Numbered from the stretch's first letter, positions 40,241 through 50,587 are shown. The stretch is DNA of 64,000 nucleotides from an uncultured Chloroflexia bacterium (GCA_963813535.1 CAWEZH010000003.1:96001-160000), one strand, 5' to 3'. Program-made: numbers and translations. Notes: a model not told the origin generated them from the sequence alone.

Positions 40241-41068
40241 CTACTCGCGGATCAGCAGGTTCAGCCCGACGACGGCCACCCCCAGGATGGCGAGCAGGAC
40301 CGTCTGCCACAGCCAGCGCACGTCGCGGCGACGGGACGGACTGGCGGCGTGGAACGCGTCCCACAGGTAGAACGTGAGGGTGAGCAGCGCCGGCCCCATC
40401 AGCCGCGGGATCTGCACGAAGCGAAGGGCCGCGGCGGCGATCGCGATGGCGATGCCGTACGTGGCCGCGGACCACAGGGCGTCGCGCAGGGTCGAGACCC
40501 GTAGCGCCGCGGCCCGATAGCCCAGCAGGAACGCGACCGCGGCGTCACCCGTCGCGAGGACGAGGAGGTCGCGGCGGGGCAGGGCCTGGCCCGCGATGCC
40601 GGACGTGCCGGGTTGGGCGAGGCCGCCGGGGACGGTGGCCGCAACGCCGACGAACGCCAGGAACCCCACGACGAGGATGGTGACGAGGACGGTCGTGCGG
40701 CCGTCCTGGTCGAGGCCACCGGTGGACGACAGGATCCGCGCCTCGAGGGCGAGACAGCGCTCGACGATGACGCCTGTCACCAGCAGCGCCGGCACCAGTG
40801 CCAGCCCAAAGGGCACGAGCCGGATCGCGCCGAGACAGGCGACCGCGGCGACGGCCGGGAGGATGAGCGACTCGATGGGGATACCGAGCGCGTGGTCGGC
40901 GGCATCGGCCGTCTCATCGTTGAGGACCTGGAGGCTGCCGAGGATCACGGCGCCCAGCAGGAAGATCGCCACGAGCCAGACACCAGGCGGCTCGATCAGG
41001 CGCGACAGGCCGACGATCGTGACCGCGGCGAGCGCGAGGTCGCGACGGCCAGCCCGATCGTCCTGCAT
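40241..41068 (-). CDS. Multi-pass membrane protein of unknown function
   Basis: Many hydrophobic segments, LILP motif; ATG 7 nt after TACCAT. Confidence 0.75.
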   Translation of the reverse strand: MQDDRAGRRDLALAAVTIVGLSRLIEPPGVWLVAIFLLGAVILGSLQVLNDETADAADHALGIPIESLILPAVAAVACLGAIRLVPFGLALVPALLVTGVIVERCLALEARILSSTGGLDQDGRTTVLVTILVVGFLAFVGVAATVPGGLAQPGTSGIAGQALPRRDLLVLATGDAAVAFLLGYRAAALRVSTLRDALWSAATYGIAIAIAAAALRFVQIPRLMGPALLTLTFYLWDAFHAASPSRRRDVRWLWQTVLLAILGVAVVGLNLLIRE

Positions 41069-41097
41069 CGCGGCGATGGTACGCGAGGCGCCGGCGG

Positions 41098-43053
41098 TCA
41101 CACGCGCTCCGGCTTGCCCGCGACCCACGCCAGGACGTCCGCGCGGGAACGCGTGTTGAGGACATCCCGCGGCTCGACCCACGCGCGACGTGCCTGGGTG
41201 ATGCCCCAGCGCAGGTGGTCGAACTCGGCGATCTTGTGCGCGTCCGAATCGACCGAGAGCGTGCATCCCATCGCGACCGCCCGGCGGGCGCGCTCGACCG
41301 CCAGGTCGAGTCGATGCGGCGAGCCGTTCATCTCGAGCACCGTTCCCGTCCGCGCCGCCTCCCCGTACACCGCATCCCAGTCGAGATCGAGATCGTCGCG
41401 GCCGCCGATCATCCTCCCGGACGGATGGGCGATCACGTCGACATGGTGGTTGCGGATGCCATTGAGTGTCCGGCGCGTCAGCTCGGCCTTCGATTGGCGG
41501 CGCGATACGTGCACGGAGGCGACCACCAGGTCGAACCGCGCGAGCAGCTCGTCGGGGTAGTCGAGCTCGCCGTCGGCACGGATCTCGAGCTCGCATCCGT
41601 GCAGCAGCCGGAACCCCTCCGGCGGGGTCTCGGGTGGCGCGGTGCCCTCGGCCTCCTCGCGTGCGTAGCGCGCGTTCAGTTCGGCGATGATCGTCCGCTG
41701 CTCCTCGACCTGCGCGGGCGTCAGACCGCGCGCGATGGCGAGCGACTGGCTGTGATCGGTCAGCACCTGGTAGGCGTGCCCGCGCCGACGTGCCGCCTCC
41801 GCCATCTGCTCGATCGTGTGGGTGCCGTCCGACCAGTCGGAATGGCTGTGCAGGTCGCCGGTGAGATCGTCGAGGCTGATGAGCCGCGGGAGCCGGCCGG
41901 CGAGCGCCGCCTCGATCTCGCCCTCGTCCTCGCGCAGCTCCGGCTCGATGTAGGGCAGACCCAAAAAGGCGTATGCCTCCTCCTCGGTCGCGAAGGTCCT
42001 GAGCTCGGCGTCGTCGCCGGTGATGGGCTGGCCGTCCCCGTCGATGCGCAGGAAACCCTTCTCGGACAGGCTCCAACCCTGGTCGCGGGCGCGCTCGCGA
42101 AGGCGGACGTTGTGTTCCTTCGATCCGGTGAAGTGGATGCGGTACGTGCCCGCGGCGCCGGGCGGCATGACCATCAGGTCGACCTGCGGACCGCGGAAGA
42201 TCTTCACCGCGGCCTTGTAGCCGCCCTTGTTGAGCACCTGGTCGACCAGGCCGAACGTCGTAAATCGCTCGATGAGACCGGGGCCATCATCGGTCTCGGC
42301 CAGGAGGTCGAGGTCGCCGATCGAGTCGCGGCGGCGGCGGAACGACCCGGCCGGCTCGATGGATGTGACGCCGGGTGTGTCCGTGAGGGCCTCGATGATG
42401 CCGAGGATCGTCGCCTCGGCCCGGTGCAGGTGCATGCGGCGCGGGGTGCTCTCGAGGCGGCGGATGCCCTCGAGGATCAGCTGCTCGGTCCGCTCGCTCA
42501 GCCCACGCAGGCCGCGGATGGTGCCCGCCTCGGCAGCCGTGCGCAGGTCCTCGACCGAGAGGATCCCGAGCTCGAGCCAGATCTGGCGGACCGTCTTCGG
42601 CCCGAGGCCCGGGATACGGAGCAGCTCGACGAGGCTCGGTGGCACCTCGGCGATGAGCTTGTCGTAGTAGGCCATCCGGCCGGTGGTGGCGATCTCCTTG
42701 ATCTTGTCGCTGATCGCCGGCCCGACCCCCGGGATCTTGGGGACGTCGCCGTCGCGGTAGGCTGCGACCAGGTCGACCGGGCTCCGGCCGATCGCATCGG
42801 CGGCCCGGTGATAGGCGACCGTCTTGAACGACAGCTCGCCCTTGACCTCGAGCATGTCGCCGATCTCGTGGAAGATCCGGGCGAGGTCGCCATTGGACAG
42901 GTCGCGCTCGGCGCGTTCCTCATCGTCGCGGAGGTCGGCGTCGGCCGGCGCGAGGTCGGGATCGCTTGGAGCGGTTGGGGGCTCCTCCGCGTCGAGCTCG
43001 ACCTCCGGGCGGGCATCGGGCGGCGGATCGGTGCGGGCGACGCGTCGCGGCAT
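41098..43053 (-). CDS. polX: DNA polymerase X with PHP 3'-5' exonuclease domain
   Basis: HhH IPGVG/IPGLGPK, GSFRR..GDLDLL, QVDL, HFTGSKEHN; PHP motifs DLHSHS.WSDG, TDHS, AHP, DSDAH. Confidence 0.95.
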   Translation of the reverse strand: MPRRVARTDPPPDARPEVELDAEEPPTAPSDPDLAPADADLRDDEERAERDLSNGDLARIFHEIGDMLEVKGELSFKTVAYHRAADAIGRSPVDLVAAYRDGDVPKIPGVGPAISDKIKEIATTGRMAYYDKLIAEVPPSLVELLRIPGLGPKTVRQIWLELGILSVEDLRTAAEAGTIRGLRGLSERTEQLILEGIRRLESTPRRMHLHRAEATILGIIEALTDTPGVTSIEPAGSFRRRRDSIGDLDLLAETDDGPGLIERFTTFGLVDQVLNKGGYKAAVKIFRGPQVDLMVMPPGAAGTYRIHFTGSKEHNVRLRERARDQGWSLSEKGFLRIDGDGQPITGDDAELRTFATEEEAYAFLGLPYIEPELREDEGEIEAALAGRLPRLISLDDLTGDLHSHSDWSDGTHTIEQMAEAARRRGHAYQVLTDHSQSLAIARGLTPAQVEEQRTIIAELNARYAREEAEGTAPPETPPEGFRLLHGCELEIRADGELDYPDELLARFDLVVASVHVSRRQSKAELTRRTLNGIRNHHVDVIAHPSGRMIGGRDDLDLDWDAVYGEAARTGTVLEMNGSPHRLDLAVERARRAVAMGCTLSVDSDAHKIAEFDHLRWGITQARRAWVEPRDVLNTRSRADVLAWVAGKPERV

Positions 43054-43088
43054 GGCCGCGATGGTACGCGGGTCGGCGGCCGGAGCCG

Positions 43089-44294
43089 CTACGCGGCGAC
43101 CACCCGATCGCGACCGCGGCGCTTCGCGCTGTACAGGGCCCGGTCGGCGATCTCGATCAACGACCCGACGTCCTCGTGCGGGTCGTTCGCGACGGCGACG
43201 CCGATCGAGACGCTCACCGGCGGGACGCCGTACGGTCGCAGGTCGAGCCCGCGGACGGCGGCCCGGATCCGTTCACCGACCTCGACCGCGACCCCCGGGC
43301 CGGGGTTCCGGAGCAGCACGACGAATTCCTCCCCGCCGAACCGTGCCGGGACATCGTCCTCGCGGACGGCCGAGACGATCGCCGAGGCCACGCCGCGCAG
43401 CACTTCGTCGCCAGTCGCATGGCCATGCTTGTCGTTGAGCAGCTTGAACTTGTCGATATCGACCATCAGGATCCCGACCGCGTCGCCGGCGCGGCGGCGC
43501 TGGGCCAGCAACCCTACGAATTCGTCGAAGTAGCGACGGTTCGGGAGACCGGTCAGCGGGTCGGTCGATGCCTGCGCCTCGGCAGCCCGGTGCGACAACA
43601 CGCGGGCGAGCGCGGCCGATGCCTCGACCGTGGCACCGTTGAGGATCCGCCGCGTCGATTCGGGCCAGTCCGTGCCGGCCCGCCGCGACACCACGATCGC
43701 CCCGACCACACCCTCGGCGGTCACCAGCGGGGTCGCGATGACCTGTCCGAGCCCGTAGACGGCACGCACCCGATGGGCGATCCGATCGGCGATCTCCGGC
43801 GGCGTCGCCGGGCGACCCCGGACGGCGTCCTCGAGGTCACCGAGCGGGAGCGGCGTCGAGTGGGTCGGGATCCCCGGGCGGATGCTGACGAGGTGGGCGG
43901 CGAGCGACCGCCCCGACTCGTCACGCCGGACCACCACGACATGGTCGGCAGCGGTGGCCTGCCCGAGCTCCTCGGCGATGGCATCCACGATGGCGTCGGG
44001 TGAGATGGAGCGCGACAGCCCGCTCAGGATCCGCGCGAACGACTCCGCTTCGCCACGGCGCCGGGCGTCCAGCTCGGCGACGGCCGAGCCGTGGACGACG
44101 GCGGCCGAACCGGCCACCAGCACGACGACGAGCAACGCGCGGTCGGCGAGGGACGCATCGGGCCCCAGCGCATGCAGCAGGACGACCAACGCGACCAGGA
44201 GGAATGCGCCGGAGAAGATCCACCAGGACCGGCGGATCCGGCGATCCGACGGATCCAACGAGTGCGCAATGGTGCGCGAGGGGGATCGTGTCAC
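43089..44294 (-). CDS. Membrane-anchored GAF-GGDEF diguanylate cyclase
   Basis: Two TM helices, GAF-like region, DPLTGLPNRR, DIDKFK.LND..GH..GD, REDD..ARFGGEEF; start uncertain. Confidence 0.9.
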   Translation of the reverse strand: MTRSPSRTIAHSLDPSDRRIRRSWWIFSGAFLLVALVVLLHALGPDASLADRALLVVVLVAGSAAVVHGSAVAELDARRRGEAESFARILSGLSRSISPDAIVDAIAEELGQATAADHVVVVRRDESGRSLAAHLVSIRPGIPTHSTPLPLGDLEDAVRGRPATPPEIADRIAHRVRAVYGLGQVIATPLVTAEGVVGAIVVSRRAGTDWPESTRRILNGATVEASAALARVLSHRAAEAQASTDPLTGLPNRRYFDEFVGLLAQRRRAGDAVGILMVDIDKFKLLNDKHGHATGDEVLRGVASAIVSAVREDDVPARFGGEEFVVLLRNPGPGVAVEVGERIRAAVRGLDLRPYGVPPVSVSIGVAVANDPHEDVGSLIEIADRALYSAKRRGRDRVVAA

Positions 44295-44352
44295 GTCGGG
44301 AATACAGGATGCGGCTCGCGAGGCTCGCCGTCCACTACGCCGCGCCGCCATC

Positions 44353-44435
44353 AGTACTAGTCGCCGGTAGTACTTCCGTCCTGTTCGTGGAAACCGCGTG
44401 GACATCGCCCGGGGGCGGCATTCGCCCTGTCCACA
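44353..44435. promoter_or_regulatory. Intergenic motifs: two AGTACT palindromes and three degenerate DnaA-box-like 9-mers
   Basis: AGTACT 44353 and 44369; CGTGGAAAC 44386, CGTGGACAT 44397, CTGTCCACA 44427. Confidence 0.35.
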
Positions 44436-44450
44436 TCCTGCGCCGGGAGG

Positions 44451-46649
44451 TCAGGCGGCGGCGCCGTCCGATCCGGCGGCGGTCTCTGGCCCGACGGCGC
44501 GTCCGGGCCGGCCGTCGCGCTTCACCTGGTACAGGGCGCGGTCGGCGCTCGCGATGAGCTCGGTGGCGGTGCGGCCATCGGCCGGGAACGTCGCGGCGCC
44601 GATGGACGCGGAGATCGGCACGGGACCACGCTGCTCGCCGATGAAGGGCTGGTCGCGGAACGCATCGCGGATCCGCTCGGCCGCGCGCTCCGCCTCCTCG
44701 GCGTCGGTCTCGGGCAGGATCACCGCGAACTCATCGCCACCGTAGCGGGCGGGCACGTCCGAGGCTCGCAGGGTGGCCCGGATCAGCTCGGCCGCCCACG
44801 TCAGGACCCGGTCCCCGAACAGGTGACCGAACGTGTCGTTGACGAGCTTGAAGTCGTCGAGGTCGAGCATCAGCACGCTCAGCGGTCGCTTGTTGCGCTG
44901 GGCACGCACGACCTCTTCCCCCATCCGCTCGTGCAGGAAACGGTGGTTGAAGAAGCCGGTCAGCGGGTCGCGGTCGGCGCGCCTGCGGGCATCCTCGTAG
45001 AGGCGCGCGTTCTCGAGCGCCATCGCCGCCTCATTGGCCATCGTCCGCGCCACTTCGAGCTGCTGGGCGTCCCAGCGGACCGCCGTCCTCGAGAACAGCT
45101 CGACCAGGCCGATCGCCTGGCCCTTGGCGACGAGTGGCAGCATCACGAGCATGCGGATCCCGTCGCGGCGCAGGAGCATGACCTCGGCCGGATCCGCCAT
45201 CGGATCCTCGGCATCGACGATGACGGTCACGCCGCGCTCGAGGACGCGCATCGTCTCGGGGAAGCCGGCGACCTCGAAGTAGGGCTCCATCTCCTCGAGG
45301 CGGAGGGTCGGGAAGTAGCCGAGCGACTCGACCCGACCCGACGCTCGGTCCCAGTAGCTGATGGCACACTCGTCGACGCCCATCGCCCGCGCGAGATGGC
45401 CGGCCATCAGGTTGGCGACCTGACGCGGGTCGAGGCTCTCGGACAGCTCGCCGCTCATGTCGAGCAGGCGCCGAAGCTCGCGCGCCAAGTCCTGGCTGCG
45501 GGTCAGCAGGCGGGCCGTCTCGAGCGCCGTGGCGGCATGATCGGCGAGGATCGTCAGCAGTCGCTGGTCGTCGACCTCGAAGCCGTCGAGCCCGAGCTTC
45601 GAGAGCGCGATCACGCCTACGGTGGCCGCGTCGTAGCGCATCGGGACGACCAGCATCGATTCGTCGATGTCATCGGTGCCGGCGATCGTCACGCCGCGGG
45701 GATCGCTGTTCGCGTCATCGATGAGGAGCGGCTCGCCGTGCTGGGCGACCCAGCCGGTGAACCCCTCGCCGAGGCGCGTCCGAAGCAGGTCGAGATCGAC
45801 CTGCTCATAGGCACCCACCCGGCCCTCGAAGGCGATCGGCACGACCTGGTCGGGTGGCTCGATCAGGTAGACCCGGGCGTTGTGATAGTCGATGATCCGG
45901 CGCGTCTCCTCGACCAGCGCCCGGCCGACGGCTTCGACCGAGGTGGCCCGGCTGAGCCGGCCGGACGCTGCCTGCAGGACCGCGAGCTGGGCGGCCGTCG
46001 CCTCGGTCTGCTCGAAGAGCTCCGCGTTCGTGAGCGCGATGCCGGCGTGCGTCGCAAGGGTCGTGATGAACGCGACATCGCCATCGGTCCACTCGCGCGG
46101 TTCGCGCGTGCATGCGGACAGCGCGCCGATCACCCGGTCGTGATGGGTCAGCGGCGCGACGAGGTCGCCGGCGAACTCCACGATGCCCTCATACCGCTCG
46201 ATCCCGGAGCCGGCGTCGGTCCGGGCGTCGGTCCAGGCCCTGGTGTGACCGGTCCGCAGGACCTCCTCGACCCACCCGTCCTCGACGCCGAGGACCGGCA
46301 ATGTGGCGGCCATGTCGTCGTCGATCCCGGCCCACGCCGCCAGGTGAAGGTGCTCGTCCCGCAGCAGGCGGATCGTGACGAAGTCGACGCGCAGCGCCCG
46401 CTTCGTCTCATCGACGATCATGCGGAACAATTCCTGTCGATCGTGCGAGGCGGCCAGCTTCCCGGCGATGCCGAGAACGCTGTCGAGGCGCTCGGCGAAC
46501 TCGGACTCGAGGCCGCTGCGAGCGTCGGGGGGTGTCCCTGGGTCAGTGTCATCCGGAAGCAGGCGCCGAAACACGGCCGGCCTCGGGGGGCGGGAACCCG
46601 GTCCGGGGCGCGAACCAGCAGCAACGCGGGGTCGCACACGCGCGGTCAT
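44451..46649 (-). CDS. Triple-GAF GGDEF diguanylate cyclase
   Basis: Three GAF repeats (ending ALTNAELF, ALETARLL, ALENARLY), DPLTG, RASD..ARYGGDEF; start uncertain. Confidence 0.92.
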   Translation of the reverse strand: MTARVRPRVAAGSRPGPGSRPPRPAVFRRLLPDDTDPGTPPDARSGLESEFAERLDSVLGIAGKLAASHDRQELFRMIVDETKRALRVDFVTIRLLRDEHLHLAAWAGIDDDMAATLPVLGVEDGWVEEVLRTGHTRAWTDARTDAGSGIERYEGIVEFAGDLVAPLTHHDRVIGALSACTREPREWTDGDVAFITTLATHAGIALTNAELFEQTEATAAQLAVLQAASGRLSRATSVEAVGRALVEETRRIIDYHNARVYLIEPPDQVVPIAFEGRVGAYEQVDLDLLRTRLGEGFTGWVAQHGEPLLIDDANSDPRGVTIAGTDDIDESMLVVPMRYDAATVGVIALSKLGLDGFEVDDQRLLTILADHAATALETARLLTRSQDLARELRRLLDMSGELSESLDPRQVANLMAGHLARAMGVDECAISYWDRASGRVESLGYFPTLRLEEMEPYFEVAGFPETMRVLERGVTVIVDAEDPMADPAEVMLLRRDGIRMLVMLPLVAKGQAIGLVELFSRTAVRWDAQQLEVARTMANEAAMALENARLYEDARRRADRDPLTGFFNHRFLHERMGEEVVRAQRNKRPLSVLMLDLDDFKLVNDTFGHLFGDRVLTWAAELIRATLRASDVPARYGGDEFAVILPETDAEEAERAAERIRDAFRDQPFIGEQRGPVPISASIGAATFPADGRTATELIASADRALYQVKRDGRPGRAVGPETAAGSDGAAA

Positions 46650-46789
46650 CGCCCAGATGGTCCCATCGAGCGTGCGGGCGAGGCCCTCGCCAGCGGTACC
46701 GGGTACGGTCGGAGGTGGTCCTAGGTCGTTCGCCCTACAAGGTCCGTGGTGGCGACCCGGCGACGACCGGTGTCGGGCGGTCGAGACCG

Positions 46790-47539
46790 CTACATCATCA
46801 CGAGGCCGCCGTCGACGGCCAGCACCTGCCCTGTGATGTACCCCGCCTCGTCGGAGACCAGGAACGCGACCGCATCGGCGACCTCTTCGGTCGTCCCGAA
46901 TCGCCCGAGCGGCGTCCGGGCAGTGATCTCGTTCTGCAGGCTCTCCGGCAGGTCCTGCGTGAGCTCGGTCAGCACGAACCCCGGCGCGACCGCGTTCACG
47001 GTGATCCCGCGCGATGCGAGCTCACGGGCCGTCGCCTTGGTCAACCCGATGAGGCCCGCCTTGGCCGAGGAGTAGTTGGCCTGACCCATCTGGCCGGCCT
47101 GCCCCGACACGGACGTGATGTTGATGATCCGTCCGGCGCGGGCCTTGAGCATCGGCCGGGTGACGGCCTTGGTCATCCAGAACGCCCCGAACAGGTTCGT
47201 CTCGAGGACGTCGCGCCAGGCATCCTCGCTCATCCGCATGATCAGGTCGTCGCGGGTGATGCCCGCGTTGTTCACGAGGATGTCGACCTTGCCGAAGGCA
47301 TCGAGCGCGGCTTTCACGACCGCCTCGGCGGACTCGGGGTCTTTCACGTCGCCCTGGATCGCCAGGGCCTTGGTGCCGATCGACTCGATCTCGGCCGCCG
47401 TGGCCTTGGCGGCGTCCGCATTGCCCCGATAGCTGAATGCGACGTCCGCACCCTGGCGAGCGAGCCGCAGCCCGATGGCCTTGCCGATGCCACGTCCGCC
47501 ACCGGTCACGAGCGCGGCCTTGCCGGTCAGGTCGATCAT
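46790..47539 (-). CDS. fabG: 3-oxoacyl-ACP reductase
   Basis: TGGGRGIG, NNAGITRD, YSSAK, NAVAPG, GQVLAVDGG. Confidence 0.96.
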   Translation of the reverse strand: MIDLTGKAALVTGGGRGIGKAIGLRLARQGADVAFSYRGNADAAKATAAEIESIGTKALAIQGDVKDPESAEAVVKAALDAFGKVDILVNNAGITRDDLIMRMSEDAWRDVLETNLFGAFWMTKAVTRPMLKARAGRIINITSVSGQAGQMGQANYSSAKAGLIGLTKATARELASRGITVNAVAPGFVLTELTQDLPESLQNEITARTPLGRFGTTEEVADAVAFLVSDEAGYITGQVLAVDGGLVMM

Positions 47540-48735
47540 CCCGGGACCTCCGAGTGGGCGCGTTCCGGTTCGCCCGGAACGACGTCGTCGAGCGGCACGT
47601 CGACCGGTCCCGGCCGGGCGAGCAGCTCGACCAGTGCCGGCGGGATCGGGTCGACCGAATCCCAGTCGACCGGGAGGCGTACCTGGACGTCGTCGGGATC
47701 GACCGCGGCATCCCCGACGACGCCACGTGCCGGGTCGGCGGTCCACTGGACCGTGACGGCGCCCGAGGTGAACCCGGCACCGAACGCGACCATCACGATC
47801 CGGTCGCCGACCTTGACCCGACCCTCGTTGACCGCCTCCGCCAGGGCGATCGGCACGGATGCCGCCGAGGTGTTGCCATACCGGTCGAGGTTCACGTACA
47901 TCTTGTCCATCGGCAGGTCGAGACCCTTGGCCACGGCCTCGACGATGCGGATGTTGGCCTGGTGCGGGATGAACAGGTCGATGTCGGACGCGTCGAGCCC
48001 GGACTTGCGGACCGACTCGAGGGCCGTGGTCGCCATCGTCTTGGTCGCGAAGCGGTACGTCTCCTTGCCCTCCATCCGGATGAAGTGCTCGCCGCGGGCG
48101 ATCGTCTCGGCCGATGGCGGGCTCTTGGCACCGCCGGCCGGCAGCCAGATCATGTAGGCGCCCTGCGGCGCCGTCGTGAGCTCGATCCCGAGCGCGCCAC
48201 CCGGCTCGTCGCTCGCCGACAGCACCACCGCTCCGGCCCCATCGCCGAAGAGGATGCAGGTGCTGCGGTCCGTGTAGTCGAGGAACCGGGTCAGCAGCTC
48301 CGCGCCGATCACCAGGACGTGCCGGGCGATACCGCTCGTGATGTACGCCTGCGCGGTGGCGAACGCATAGACGAAGCCCGAGCAGGCCGCGGCGATGTCC
48401 ATCGCCGCCGCCTTGCTGTTGCCGATCGCCTCCTTGACGAGGGCCGCGGTGGACGGCATCCAGTAGTCCGGCGTGAGCGTCGCCAGCAGGATGAGGTCGA
48501 TGTCGTCGGGGTCGATGCCCGCCGTGCGGATCGCCCGGAGGGAGGCCACCGCCGCCATGGATGCGGTCGTCTCGTGGGCGGCCGCGACGCGTCGTTCGCG
48601 GATGCCGGTCCGCGACACGATCCACTCGTCGGAGGTGTCCACCATCCGTTCGAGGTCCTTGTTCGTCAGCACGCCCTCGGGCGCGTAGCGTCCCCAGCCC
48701 GTGACGTGGGCGCGAGGTCGCGCCATGTCGCTCAT
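47536..48735 (-). CDS. fabH: Beta-ketoacyl-ACP synthase III
   Basis: DTSDEWI.SRTGI, AACSGF, LFGDGAGA, PHQAN.RI, GNTSAAS. Confidence 0.95.
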   Translation of the reverse strand: MSDMARPRAHVTGWGRYAPEGVLTNKDLERMVDTSDEWIVSRTGIRERRVAAAHETTASMAAVASLRAIRTAGIDPDDIDLILLATLTPDYWMPSTAALVKEAIGNSKAAAMDIAAACSGFVYAFATAQAYITSGIARHVLVIGAELLTRFLDYTDRSTCILFGDGAGAVVLSASDEPGGALGIELTTAPQGAYMIWLPAGGAKSPPSAETIARGEHFIRMEGKETYRFATKTMATTALESVRKSGLDASDIDLFIPHQANIRIVEAVAKGLDLPMDKMYVNLDRYGNTSAASVPIALAEAVNEGRVKVGDRIVMVAFGAGFTSGAVTVQWTADPARGVVGDAAVDPDDVQVRLPVDWDSVDPIPPALVELLARPGPVDVPLDDVVPGEPERAHSEVPG

Positions 48736-49337
48736 AGCGGCTCGACCTCGATGAGCGGCTGCTTGGCCTTGACGAGCGTGCCGCTCTCGGCGACGACCCG
48801 GACGACGCGGCCCGCGAGGTCCGACTTGATCTCGTTGAACAGCTTCATCGCCTCGATCAGCCCGATGATCTGGCCGACGGCCACCTCACCGCCGACCGAC
48901 ACGTACGGCGCCGACCCCGGCGCCGGCGAGGCGTAGAAGATCCCGGTGAGGGGGGCCTTGATGGACGGCTTGGCGGCCGGCGTCGGGTCGCGACCCGCGC
49001 CCGAGGCGTCCGCGGTCGTCGGTGCCGTGATCGTCGCGGCCGGCGAAGACGCCGCCACGCTCGCGACGGTGATCGGCGACAGGGCCGACGGCTTGCGCAG
49101 CACCAGTCCGGTGCCACCCGACTCGACCTCCAGCTCGGTCAGGTCCGAGCGGTCGAGCAGCGACGCCAGCCGGTCGATGAGGCGGAGCAGCTCGACGTCG
49201 CCGCCATCACTCGGCGGCGTCGGCGGGTCGGCGGCCTCGATCGCCGCCGCGGCCACGTCCGTGGTGGTCGCCAGGACGTCATCGGCGGGAAGGTCGCCGC
49301 CCTGCCCCACGCCCGCCGGCTCGAGGTCGTCGGTCAT
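48732..49337 (-). CDS. accB: Biotin carboxyl carrier protein of acetyl-CoA carboxylase
   Basis: APLTGIFY.SP.P and biotinylation motif IEAMKLFNEI. Confidence 0.93.
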   Translation of the reverse strand: MTDDLEPAGVGQGGDLPADDVLATTTDVAAAAIEAADPPTPPSDGGDVELLRLIDRLASLLDRSDLTELEVESGGTGLVLRKPSALSPITVASVAASSPAATITAPTTADASGAGRDPTPAAKPSIKAPLTGIFYASPAPGSAPYVSVGGEVAVGQIIGLIEAMKLFNEIKSDLAGRVVRVVAESGTLVKAKQPLIEVEPL

Positions 49338-50587
49338 GCGTCCCACCGCCGAAAGACGAGGGCCGTGTTCTGGCCACCGAACCCGAACGAATTCGAGAGC
49401 ACCACCCGGACATCGTGCCGTGCAGCCGTACCCGACACGATCGTCGTGCCCTCGGCTTCGGGGTCGGGCTGCTCGAGATTGAGCGTCGGGGGGATGCAGG
49501 ACTCGCGGATGGTCATGACCGAGGCGATCGACTCGATGGCGCCCGCAGCCCCCAGGGTGTGCCCGATCATCGACTTGTTGGCCGTGATCGGGACCGACGC
49601 CGCGTGCTCGCCGAGGATCGTCTTGATGGCCTGGAGCTCGGCCTTGTCACCCTCCGGCGTCGAGGTCGCATGGGCGTTGACGTGGTCGACCTCGTCCGGA
49701 CCGAGCCCGGCCTTCTCGAGCGCTCGGCGGGCGGCTCGGACGGCGCCGATCCCGCCCGGGGCCGGCAGCGTGATGTGCGAGGCATCGGCGGTCGCGCCAT
49801 AGCCGACGAGCTCCGCCAGCGGCTCGGCGCCACGGGCCTCGGCATGTGACAGCTCCTCGAGCACGAGCACACCCGCTCCTTCGCCGCAGACGAACCCGTC
49901 GCGCTCGGCGTCGAACGGCCGGGACGCGCCCTCGGGGTCGTCGTTGCGCGTCGACAGGGCGCGCATCGCGGCGAAGCCCCCGACGAGGGCCTCGTAGATA
50001 CCCGCCTCCGCGCCACCGGCGAGCATGACGTCGGCGTCATCGCGCCGGATCGTCTCGTACGCCTCGCCGACGGCGTGCCCGCCGGTCGCGCAGGCCGACA
50101 CGGTCGCGAAGTTCGGGCCGGTCATGCCGTAGGTGATCGCGATCTGACCCGATCCGACATTCGGGATGCCCATCGGGATGAGGAACGGGCTGATGCGATC
50201 CGGGCCGCGGGTGGCGTTGATCGAGAAGCCGTCGTTCAGCGTCCCGACGCCGCCGAGCCCGGTGCCCAGGATGACCCCGGTGCGCTCGGCGAGCTCGCCC
50301 TCGAGCCGCTCCGGCAGCCCCGCCTGGTCCATCGCCTCGCGAGCGGCCACCAGCCCGAACTGGATGTAGCGATCGGTGCGGCGCTGGTCCTTGCGATCGA
50401 GCACGTGGCTCGCATCGAAGTCGTGGACCTCTCCCGCGACGCGGGACGACAACCGGGACGGATCGAACGCCTCGATGGTCCGGATGCCGGAGCGGCCGTC
50501 GACGAGCCCGGCCCACGAGCTCGGGACGTCGTTGCCGAGCGGCGTCAGCATGCCCATGCCGGTCACCACGACGCGCCGCGGGCTCAT
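49334..50587 (-). CDS. fabF: Beta-ketoacyl-ACP synthase II
   Basis: RVVVTGMG, SACATG, NAHATST, KSMIGHTLGAAG, SNSFGFGG. Confidence 0.96.
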   Translation of the reverse strand: MSPRRVVVTGMGMLTPLGNDVPSSWAGLVDGRSGIRTIEAFDPSRLSSRVAGEVHDFDASHVLDRKDQRRTDRYIQFGLVAAREAMDQAGLPERLEGELAERTGVILGTGLGGVGTLNDGFSINATRGPDRISPFLIPMGIPNVGSGQIAITYGMTGPNFATVSACATGGHAVGEAYETIRRDDADVMLAGGAEAGIYEALVGGFAAMRALSTRNDDPEGASRPFDAERDGFVCGEGAGVLVLEELSHAEARGAEPLAELVGYGATADASHITLPAPGGIGAVRAARRALEKAGLGPDEVDHVNAHATSTPEGDKAELQAIKTILGEHAASVPITANKSMIGHTLGAAGAIESIASVMTIRESCIPPTLNLEQPDPEAEGTTIVSGTAARHDVRVVLSNSFGFGGQNTALVFRRWDA

